Below, piece after piece: positions 27,514 to 34,943 of a stretch of 34,943 bases of DNA. A program made the position numbers and the translations under genes. The stretch is from a virus (taxonomy: Duplodnaviria > Caudoviricetes): positions 1 to 34,943 of IMG/VR virus record IMGVR_UViG_3300021121_000016. One strand, written 5' to 3'. The notes below the pieces were generated by a model. That model had not been told where the DNA came from. It saw only the letters and a list, made by a program, of their open reading frames with translations, and searched no databases. How positions within the stretch are numbered: the first letter of the stretch is position 1; every line of letters starts with the position of its first letter.

Positions 27514-27723
27514 CTACTCGTTATCATCATTATCATCAAGTAATCCACTACCCCAACCCTCGTCAGCAATCTTTAATTTAATTGCCTCTAACTTCAATGC
27601 CCTATCTAATATTTTCATTTTGTCGGTCAGGGTCCATTCTTCATTGGTTTTCATGTCAGCCAACATATTATTAATAGCATCTTCTAAGTCTGGGTTAATA
27701 CCCTTATCTTGTTTCTTAGGCAC
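27514..27723 (-). CDS. Hypothetical protein (69 aa, GTG start, MPKKQDKG)
   Basis: GAGG RBS before GTG 27723. Confidence 0.7.
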   Translation of the reverse strand: MPKKQDKGINPDLEDAINNMLADMKTNEEWTLTDKMKILDRALKLEAIKLKIADEGWGSGLLDDNDDNE

Positions 27724-27868
27724 GTTTACCTCGTTTAGCTTTACGTTTAGATTTACCGGCAGTACGCAAAGCAATAGCTACCGCTTGTTTTTGTGGGCGA
27801 CCAGTAGACATTAATTCCATAATGTTGCGTGTAATCGCTTGTTTACTCTTACTTTTTTCTAATGGCAT
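27716..27868 (-). CDS. 50-aa basic protein (MPLEKSKSKQAITRNI...RPQKQAVAIAL...KRKAKRGKRA)
   Basis: GGAGG RBS; common phage PQKQAVAIA motif; not in ORF track. Confidence 0.8.
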   Translation of the reverse strand: MPLEKSKSKQAITRNIMELMSTGRPQKQAVAIALRTAGKSKRKAKRGKRA

Positions 27869-27869
27869 A

Positions 27870-29744
27870 TTAACCTCCAATTATATTAAAACCGGCTTTT
27901 AATCCTTTGTATGCTTCATTTGACAAAGCACCAACCGCACCAATACCTATTAATGTTTTTACATTTTTTGATATTTTTTCTTTTTTATCTAAAGCCTCTT
28001 GTGCTTTTTTAATACTTTTAACTGCTTGACTGTATTCTTCTGAAGTAATAATTTTTCTTTTATATAACTCGGTTACATAATTTGTTGCTAATTGCGGTAC
28101 TTTATCATCAGCAGCACCACTAATTGTTCGTAAATTATTTTCTACAAAAAGTTTATTTTCACCAGTTGCTCGCTGTCTAACTTCCGCTAACTTTTTTGGT
28201 ACAGCACCAATTAAATCTGCTTCGTGACTTAAACGAATTGCATCTGTTTTTGCTTGAGCAACTTGTTTAATATCATTATAAATTTGTGGAAACTCTCTTC
28301 CAAAACCTTCCATTTTTTCAACGTATGCCTTAGCCTGTGCCGCAGACATTCCTTCCATATTATTACGAACATAACCACGTAATATTGTTTCTAACTCTGG
28401 AGTTTTTTTGCCAACCAAATTTATTAAATCTTTCGCTCCAGACTGAGTGCCATTTAATATATTGTTGACAACCGTTTGTGGGTTTACATCATATTGAATA
28501 GAATCTTCTAAAATTCCATGCTCTCTTAACGCTTGTTTACCAACAACAGAATCTCTAGCTTTATTTATATTTTGTGATAATAATTCATATTTATTTAAAT
28601 AATTTTTAAATCCCGGTGAGAACGCATCCATAGCATCAACAATCGTCTTTGATGAAGATTTCATTCTATTACCGTCAAGTGCTTTAACTCCCTCAATTTC
28701 ACCAAAAGAACCATCATTTAATATTCTTCTTAAATGTTCAAATTGGTCAAAATTCACTGGTTCTATTTTAGTTGTAGGGATTGGTTCACCTGTAATAGAT
28801 GACCTTACTTGCGCAGCCCTTTTCTCAGCTTCCGACAAAGGAACTTCTCGACCAACAATATCATCTAATCTTTTATTTAAAACAGACTGAACACTAAAAG
28901 GAGTTTTAGAAATTTGTTCTTTTACATCTTTTATCAAAGAATCAATAATTGGTGCAGATTTTGAATCATTAGCAATATACTGACCTGATTTTTGTTTATT
29001 TCTAGCCACATCAAAAGCTGGGTCTTTTATTTTTGTAATTGCTTCTATTTCACGAATATCTTTTTCACCCTTGATAAACTTTTGTGCTTGGGTTCTGACA
29101 AAATTTGCAACATCATCTGCAATAATATTTGTTTTTTTACCAAGTTTATCTAATGAAGATAATTGTTGGTTTTCAGCTTTAGTTAATTTTTCTTGTTGTG
29201 CATTTCTTAAATTAACTTCTCTGCGTTCAGCTTCTTTTGATAATTGTTCTTCTTTTCTTGGAACAGCGGTTTTGCCAACAGTTTCAGCTTCAGTACGGAC
29301 TCCTTTAACAATATCTGAAGTTGGTTGTCTTAAAGTTTTATAAAGATTTTTTGCTCCAGTAATTCCCATTTCACCTAAACGTAAAGCACTTGTTGTGCCA
29401 GCTTCTAGTGCAGCTCCGGTAGCTACATCTTTAGCCGATTCAATAGCGGACTCTTTAAATGTCTGAGGTTTTTGATAACCTAATAATTGACCTAAACCAC
29501 GCATACCAGCTTTAACTCCACCATAACCTAAACCAGCACCAGCGGCAGTTCCAACAGGACCTAAAGGCACACCTAATACTCCACCGCCAACAGCACCTAA
29601 AGTTTCAACAACAGGTTCAGCATATTCATATATTTTTTGCCCTGTAGATTTTTCTGCAGGTTTTGAAGAATCATCCGCTAAAAGATTTTTTCCTCCACTA
29701 GAAGGCATTGATGTATCATCGGCAAGTAAATTTTTTCCAGCCAT
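27870..29744 (-). CDS. Internal virion/DNA ejection protein (putative)
   Basis: 624 aa helical with Gly-zipper N-region; last of four coupled large genes. Confidence 0.65.
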   Translation of the reverse strand: MAGKNLLADDTSMPSSGGKNLLADDSSKPAEKSTGQKIYEYAEPVVETLGAVGGGVLGVPLGPVGTAAGAGLGYGGVKAGMRGLGQLLGYQKPQTFKESAIESAKDVATGAALEAGTTSALRLGEMGITGAKNLYKTLRQPTSDIVKGVRTEAETVGKTAVPRKEEQLSKEAERREVNLRNAQQEKLTKAENQQLSSLDKLGKKTNIIADDVANFVRTQAQKFIKGEKDIREIEAITKIKDPAFDVARNKQKSGQYIANDSKSAPIIDSLIKDVKEQISKTPFSVQSVLNKRLDDIVGREVPLSEAEKRAAQVRSSITGEPIPTTKIEPVNFDQFEHLRRILNDGSFGEIEGVKALDGNRMKSSSKTIVDAMDAFSPGFKNYLNKYELLSQNINKARDSVVGKQALREHGILEDSIQYDVNPQTVVNNILNGTQSGAKDLINLVGKKTPELETILRGYVRNNMEGMSAAQAKAYVEKMEGFGREFPQIYNDIKQVAQAKTDAIRLSHEADLIGAVPKKLAEVRQRATGENKLFVENNLRTISGAADDKVPQLATNYVTELYKRKIITSEEYSQAVKSIKKAQEALDKKEKISKNVKTLIGIGAVGALSNEAYKGLKAGFNIIGG

Positions 29745-31174
29745 TATTCACCTTCAATCCTGAAGCCTCTAGCTTTTAATTTTTTCTTTACTTCATCTAT
29801 AGATAAATTGTTTTCTTTAGCCGTTTGTTCAATATCAGCTTTTGTGGCAACTTTAGTTTGACTAGATGTAGTAGATGTTGTTTCCACCGGCACTGAACCA
29901 CGACTATAAATATCTTTTCCGTAATTTAACAATCCTTGACCAGTAATTGCTGGGTCTTTACTTGCAGTTGTCCTAGCAACTTCATTCATTTGTTCGTTCA
30001 TTAACTGTTCAAAACCAGTAGAATTAAATTGATTTTGTGACATTAAATCATTAAATCTTTTTTGGAAAGCAACCGTATTGCCTTTGTTTCCTCCAGCTAA
30101 AGACCTTTCATAACTGACCAAGTAAGCAGCATATCGTTTAGCAAATACTAATGCTGGTTGTCCTTTGTCATCTTCGTTTTCTAAACCTTTTCCAGATTTA
30201 ATAGAATCAACATAACGCTCAACATTTTGCGCCACTTGACCTTTTCTTCCTAATTGTTCTCTATGTTCTGAGGCATACTTCTTTAAATCATCCGCAGTCG
30301 CTATAGCTAAAGCACCGGTGTTGATAGCATCTCTTTTATCTCTTTGTTCAGCAACTCCACCCTGAAATTTTAATCCCGGAAAATAATCATTCAAAGCAGT
30401 AGAACCCGTTTTTTCGGCAGCTTTTTCTCTTCTTGCTTCAGCTCTTTCCCTTTGTTTTTCTTTAAACTCTAATAAAGACAACATACTTTTATTTGCTTCA
30501 TTTGCAGCAGCAATAACACCTTTTAATCCAGCAACAGCATCCACTTTTTTTAGGTAGGGATTTTCAGCTAATAAGACAGCGTACTCATCTTTTGCTGCCT
30601 CCCTATTACGAACAGAATCTTTAGTAACTTGTTCAATCCGTTTTTGCAGAGCATTATTTTTTTGTTCCATAACTTTGATGTTTTCATCAAAAGTAATTTT
30701 TTCTTGATTGAATTTTTCTTTTTCACCTTTTTTCCAACCTTCCATCATGCCGGTCATTGATGACAATGCGTTCATTCCTGCATTGCGACCACCACCGCCA
30801 AGCATTGTTCCTACAATTCCGACAAGACTAAAAATAGTAGCCATATCTTGTAAGTTGGTTTGTGTTGGATGAAACTCAGGATATTCCCAATTTTGCTGCT
30901 CTTCTAATTTTTTGGTTTTTTCTGAAGTATCTTCATATTCTTTTTTTTGTTTTGCTAAGTAAGCATCACTTTGTGCTTTTTGATAATCAGCAGCTTGTCC
31001 TTTAGAGTAGACTTCTTCTAAAGCCTTATTTTTTTGAGCATCTAAAATATTTTTAGATTGTTGCAAGTACAACTTTTCTGAAACACCTTTTGTTGGGTCA
31101 ATATTAGCTAAATTGTTAATAGAGGAACCTAACTCTGTGCCTAAAGCTCCTGTAAGTGCAGACATATCAGCCAT
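29744..31174 (-). CDS. Internal virion/DNA ejection protein (putative)
   Basis: 476 aa coiled coil with a TM-like segment IFSLVGIVGTMLGGG. Confidence 0.65.
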   Translation of the reverse strand: MADMSALTGALGTELGSSINNLANIDPTKGVSEKLYLQQSKNILDAQKNKALEEVYSKGQAADYQKAQSDAYLAKQKKEYEDTSEKTKKLEEQQNWEYPEFHPTQTNLQDMATIFSLVGIVGTMLGGGGRNAGMNALSSMTGMMEGWKKGEKEKFNQEKITFDENIKVMEQKNNALQKRIEQVTKDSVRNREAAKDEYAVLLAENPYLKKVDAVAGLKGVIAAANEANKSMLSLLEFKEKQRERAEARREKAAEKTGSTALNDYFPGLKFQGGVAEQRDKRDAINTGALAIATADDLKKYASEHREQLGRKGQVAQNVERYVDSIKSGKGLENEDDKGQPALVFAKRYAAYLVSYERSLAGGNKGNTVAFQKRFNDLMSQNQFNSTGFEQLMNEQMNEVARTTASKDPAITGQGLLNYGKDIYSRGSVPVETTSTTSSQTKVATKADIEQTAKENNLSIDEVKKKLKARGFRIEGE

Positions 31175-32217
31175 TATCCACCTACCTTTGTTTGATTAAT
31201 GTATGTAGGACTGCCGGCTACTAAATTAGCCAAACTTGAATAAAATGATTTGTTTGCAGCATTTAATTGCTGGTCTAATTGCAACTGTGTATTAATAGCA
31301 CCAAGAGAAATATTGTCACCAATCTGCATCACTTGTAATCCGTATTGATATTGGTTTTGCAATAAATTAGCTGTTAATGAACTAATTTGATTCTCAATTT
31401 GCTGCTGACCAACACCACCCATATTTGCAGACGCTTGAGCAAGTCTAGCACGTTGTTGTTGTATAACCTGTTGATTAGCTGGAGTTAATTCACCACGTTG
31501 AGCAGCACCCACTAATTGCTGACCCTGTTGTTGATATGGTGCAGCTAACGCTTGTTTTTGTGCTACAGCTGCATCATTACCGGCTTGTGCTTGTCTATTT
31601 TGTATTGCGTTGTATATTCCTAAACCTCCAGTAAGCCCTAATTTACCGAGCATTTCAGGAGTCTGTAATTTTTGTAATGCTTGATTAATAAAATTAGATT
31701 GGTCTGGTTTAGTACCTTGACTAAGGGATGCCATAGCTCCCGGAACATCAGTAGGAGGAGGATTTTGTGCTTGAAAAGTTGCTAAATCTGTAGGTGTGGG
31801 TCTAGTACCGGTTTGAATATCAGCAGCAGAAAATGCAGGTGCAGGACTTGTAGATGGCACAGGAAAGTTTAATTCAGGTGCTTGTCCAGCTTGACCCGTA
31901 GGTGCGCCCTCACCGTATCCCGGTGTAGCAGCAATATTAGAAGATACATCTTGTGTACTTGGTTGTTCTATAGCCGGTGCTTGTGTTACTGGCGCATCAC
32001 CCAAAGATGGGACATTACCAATATTGTAATCACCCTCGTTTTCAAACTCCACTAAACCGGTGTCAGGATTAATGCTGCCACGACCACCTCTAGCTTTTAA
32101 TAATGCAGCTTCTTTAGGGGTAATGTGTGCAAGAACGGTGTCTTTACCCCGACCTTTAGATTGTAGTATTTTTGCTAGTGATGATAGGTCAGTGCCTAGT
32201 GCTTTTGATAGTGCCAT
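31174..32217 (-). CDS. Internal virion/pilot protein (putative)
   Basis: 'GRGKDTVLAHITPKEAALLKARGG.GSINPDTGL.EF' motif; Gln-rich C-terminal half. Confidence 0.7.
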   Translation of the reverse strand: MALSKALGTDLSSLAKILQSKGRGKDTVLAHITPKEAALLKARGGRGSINPDTGLVEFENEGDYNIGNVPSLGDAPVTQAPAIEQPSTQDVSSNIAATPGYGEGAPTGQAGQAPELNFPVPSTSPAPAFSAADIQTGTRPTPTDLATFQAQNPPPTDVPGAMASLSQGTKPDQSNFINQALQKLQTPEMLGKLGLTGGLGIYNAIQNRQAQAGNDAAVAQKQALAAPYQQQGQQLVGAAQRGELTPANQQVIQQQRARLAQASANMGGVGQQQIENQISSLTANLLQNQYQYGLQVMQIGDNISLGAINTQLQLDQQLNAANKSFYSSLANLVAGSPTYINQTKVGG

Positions 32218-33350
32218 TATACAATCCCCAATGCTGATTTCAAAGATTCAGTATTCCAAACATTTCTTTTCTTACCTTTTTCACCATCTAAAATAGGAGA
32301 ACCACCAACTAAAGATGTGTCGGGTTGCGTAGTACCTAATGCTTGCCCTAACAATGCTGCCGATGATGAACCGGGTGTTTTAGATGTGCTTGTGCTTTTA
32401 GATGGTACTACACTTGGCGATAGAAGTGAAACAGTATTATTGCTTGACGATACATTATCTTTGCTTGCCGTAACTGTTGTATTTGCCGCATTGTCTTTTG
32501 TTGCATCAATAGTAATCTCTCCAACATCTGTTGGATTAATTAAATCTAATACTGGTTTGTCTTTGTTTGCTGTGACCGTAATTTCACCTTTATCTGTAAT
32601 ATCAGATGGGATTGTCGTAGGTCCAGTAGGGCTAATTAAATTAAGTATTGGCTGGTCTTTATTTGCTTCAACAACAACATCACTCACATCTGGAGCATTT
32701 GCAAGTGTTGTTGTATCAACAGGCTTTGTTGTAGCGGTATCAACAGGAGTTGTTGTATCAGTAGGAGTTGTTGGGGTTGGGGTTGTAGTTGCATTTTTTG
32801 CTAAACTTCCACCTAATTGTGAAGCAGCACCAGTAAGAATAGATGCCGGAACATCTCCGCCCGACAACGCAGCAGCAGTACCGCTTCCGGCAGCACCACC
32901 AATAACATTACCAACCGTACCACCAATATTTGTCCCTAACGCAGAACCTAATGCTCCACCTGCTGCACCAGCACCAATATTACCTCCTGACAATGCAGGA
33001 GCAATAGCACCTTTAGCCGCTCCTCCAACAACTGCAGCACCAGTTTGTCCAATATCGGGAACAGCAGCATTTGCAGCAGTACTAATTTCAGAACCAACTG
33101 CACCTGAAACGGCTCCCACTCCAGCAGCTTTTAATATATCCGATGGACTACCTCCAGCAACTGCATCACTTATTGCATTACTACCGGCACCAATTGCAGC
33201 AGAACCTACTGCAGCAGTAGTCGCAGCAGTTGCATCTGCAACACCGGCAGCATCTAATATGGCGGAACCAATTTCAGGAATAAGCTCCGGAGCAACTATT
33301 GCTACTGCAACAGCAACCACGGTTTCAATAGCTTTAGCGGCTTGTCCCAT
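32217..33350 (-). CDS. Ejection/pilot protein with Gly/Ala-zipper N-half and TonB-box-like repeats
   Basis: GxxxG-rich aa 1-185, Thr/Pro linker, four [EDT]xx[VI]xAxKD repeats. Confidence 0.65.
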   Translation of the reverse strand: MGQAAKAIETVVAVAVAIVAPELIPEIGSAILDAAGVADATAATTAAVGSAAIGAGSNAISDAVAGGSPSDILKAAGVGAVSGAVGSEISTAANAAVPDIGQTGAAVVGGAAKGAIAPALSGGNIGAGAAGGALGSALGTNIGGTVGNVIGGAAGSGTAAALSGGDVPASILTGAASQLGGSLAKNATTTPTPTTPTDTTTPVDTATTKPVDTTTLANAPDVSDVVVEANKDQPILNLISPTGPTTIPSDITDKGEITVTANKDKPVLDLINPTDVGEITIDATKDNAANTTVTASKDNVSSSNNTVSLLSPSVVPSKSTSTSKTPGSSSAALLGQALGTTQPDTSLVGGSPILDGEKGKKRNVWNTESLKSALGIV

Positions 33351-33673
33351 TAGAGTTTTCCTTCATTTTGGAGTTCTTTAACTAATTTTCCTGCTGTCAT
33401 TGCCATAGCAATAATTTTAAAATCCACCTTGTTTGTTATTGGAGTATCTGGAGCTAAAAGACCTTCACGAATAGCTGCCCGTAATGCGATTGGATACATT
33501 TTAGGATTTTTTAATGCTTGTCTTGCATATTGCTCACCACGTAAAATATCTTCTGGCTTTACACCAACTTGTTGAATAATTCTTAAAAGTCTTTGTTTTA
33601 CTTGTTCTTTTTCTGCTTGACCTAATTCCGGCTGCGCTTGAATTTCTGAATTTTTTTGGGGGACGGGAGTCAT
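33350..33673 (-). CDS. Hypothetical protein
   Basis: 107 aa, TAATG-coupled to the next gene. Confidence 0.75.
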   Translation of the reverse strand: MTPVPQKNSEIQAQPELGQAEKEQVKQRLLRIIQQVGVKPEDILRGEQYARQALKNPKMYPIALRAAIREGLLAPDTPITNKVDFKIIAMAMTAGKLVKELQNEGKL

Positions 33674-33675
33674 TT

Positions 33676-34014
33676 TTAAAGTCCTAAAGTTGCGGCAATC
33701 TGCACATGAATATCATAATGTGTACCTAACCAATCGTAAAAATCACTCTCATCTTGAAAGTTTACGTCCAACATATTAAACGGATTACTCAAATTTAACA
33801 GTCCTGCAAGTGCTTGATGCTCGACTTGATGAGCCAATAACCAGTCATCTAGGTTGTCAATATTCGCATCTGTAATAGGGAATTTAGAGTATGTTTGACC
33901 TTTATCAGTCAATGTTTCCCAAAATAACAGGTGTTGTGTGCCATTTTCAAACAAAAACTCTCCTAGTGACTCTTTATCACCGAACTTAACAATAGAAAGA
34001 CTGTCCATATTCAA
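33676..34014 (-). CDS. Hypothetical virion-module protein (His/Trp-rich)
   Basis: AGGAG RBS, TTG start (or ATG two codons in). Confidence 0.75.
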   Translation of the reverse strand: MNMDSLSIVKFGDKESLGEFLFENGTQHLLFWETLTDKGQTYSKFPITDANIDNLDDWLLAHQVEHQALAGLLNLSNPFNMLDVNFQDESDFYDWLGTHYDIHVQIAATLGL

Positions 34015-34430
34015 AGACGTACTCCTTTTGGTGTTGTTAATGCTTTTTCAACAGTCCATTTGTATTTAACTATTCTTTGCCATACCGCACTTTTAGACAT
34101 TCCTAAATCTAAAGCCCAATCAGAAGCATTTTTTGTAATACCATTAAAAGTGATTAACATACTGCATGACCTATTTTTTTGTTGTTCACTTGGTGTAGCC
34201 CAACGACAATTTTCTTTAAAATACCCTTTTGTATTATCAATACGGTCTAATGTTTTTCCGTCAGGACGCTCACCCATATCTTCAAGAAATAAATCATAAA
34301 AATCCCAACGACTATCGTATGTAACACCAGAACCACCATATCTGTGATAATTCCAAGTATGTTTATTGTCGCAACGGTTACGCAAACTTCTCCAGCTATG
34401 GTAAGTTGGTATATGACAATCTTTTCTCAT
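34011..34430 (-). CDS. HNH-type homing endonuclease-like protein
   Basis: TYHSWRSLRNRC, YGGSG, FLEDMGERP, TLDRIDNTKGYFKENCRWAT. Confidence 0.88.
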   Translation of the reverse strand: MRKDCHIPTYHSWRSLRNRCDNKHTWNYHRYGGSGVTYDSRWDFYDLFLEDMGERPDGKTLDRIDNTKGYFKENCRWATPSEQQKNRSCSMLITFNGITKNASDWALDLGMSKSAVWQRIVKYKWTVEKALTTPKGVRL

Positions 34431-34648
34431 TTATCAACCTTTTGGTCTAATTTGTCAAAGATTTTACTAAGCATTTGTTTAATCTCCGCAATGTCTGGTC
34501 GGTAATCATCTTTTGAAATATAACTACGAGAAAAGTTCTTCATATCTTCTTCCATGCGAGTTATATCTTTTGTTGTCTTATTAACAACAAATGCAGCTAG
34601 AAATCCAGCTATAACAATTACAAAATCAAATATTTGTTGGTTTTCCAT
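34427..34648 (-). CDS. N-terminal TM plus coiled-coil small protein
   Basis: 73 aa; IFDFVIVIAGFLAAFVV. Confidence 0.75.
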   Translation of the reverse strand: MENQQIFDFVIVIAGFLAAFVVNKTTKDITRMEEDMKNFSRSYISKDDYRPDIAEIKQMLSKIFDKLDQKVDK

Positions 34649-34650
34649 AA

Positions 34651-34943
34651 TTACACCGCATAGTAAGGGACTTTAACTACTGTTCCGTTTAAGTCTACCT
34701 GAATATACCCTGCTGGCACAAGAGGTAAACTAGACGTGGCAAACGTAGCTGTTGATGAAGTGGTTGATACTAAATTCACTGCTTGTACGTTAATTGAGCC
34801 ACCCGTAATGGTGACATTGTTACTGTTCTGCGTAGACATGGTACCTAAACCAGATACCTGCGTATTAACAATTGAAATTGTTGTATTAGCAGCAGCTGTC
34901 AGTTGTCCTTGAGCATTAACTGTAAACGTAGCTACTGTGGAAG
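34651..34943 (-). CDS. C-terminal part of the tail fibre-like gene starting at 905
   Basis: Frame open to the window end and continuous with 1-905 through the overlap. Confidence 0.85.
   Translation of the reverse strand, partial: STVATFTVNAQGQLTAAANTTISIVNTQVSGLGTMSTQNSNNVTITGGSINVQAVNLVSTTSSTATFATSSLPLVPAGYIQVDLNGTVVKVPYYAV
34850..34943. repeat. Terminal overlap copy 2
   Basis: Identical to 1-94. Confidence 0.97.

Noticed and set aside
32317-33381. 354-aa plus-strand ORF
   Set aside because: Antisense shadow of the Gly/Ala/Thr-rich gene; no RBS and against the operon direction
34651-34839. 62-aa standalone ORF
   Set aside because: It is the C-terminus of the gene starting at 905
34850-34943. 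94-bp repeat as a biological terminal repeat
   Set aside because: It lies mid-gene and is best explained as assembler overlap of a circular contig
1-34943. tRNA, integrase/att site, alternative genetic code
   Set aside because: No cloverleaf or recombinase motif seen; standard-code ORFs tile the genome with tight coupling

Overview
The window is an apparently complete, circularly permuted tailed-phage genome of 34,849 bp; bases 1-94 repeat exactly at 34850-34943. The layout is podovirus-like. The minus-strand late block holds the terminase large subunit, portal, scaffold, major capsid, head-tail/stabilisation proteins, two tail fibres (one split across the window ends), four large ejection-type proteins and a GH108 lysis cassette; I see no tape measure or sheath. 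The plus-strand block (15.5-23.7 kb) holds many tiny early ORFs, YqaJ exonuclease, a RecT-like annealase, an HTH protein, an SSB-like protein, RusA and a glycosyltransferase-like gene. I recognise no integrase, repressor, DNA polymerase, primase, helicase, replication initiator or methyltransferase. Best leads: (1) a promoter-driven, roughly 400-nt structured non-coding locus starting with a C4/CI-like antisense RNA fold, a candidate RNA-controlled origin; (2) four TonB-box-like repeats in an ejection protein; (3) a candidate -1 frameshift fusing RecT to an HTH; (4) two covarying intergenic RNA elements; (5) a 12-aa protamine-like peptide; (6) no GATC found in a by-eye scan. All calls come from motif recognition by eye, with no database searches.
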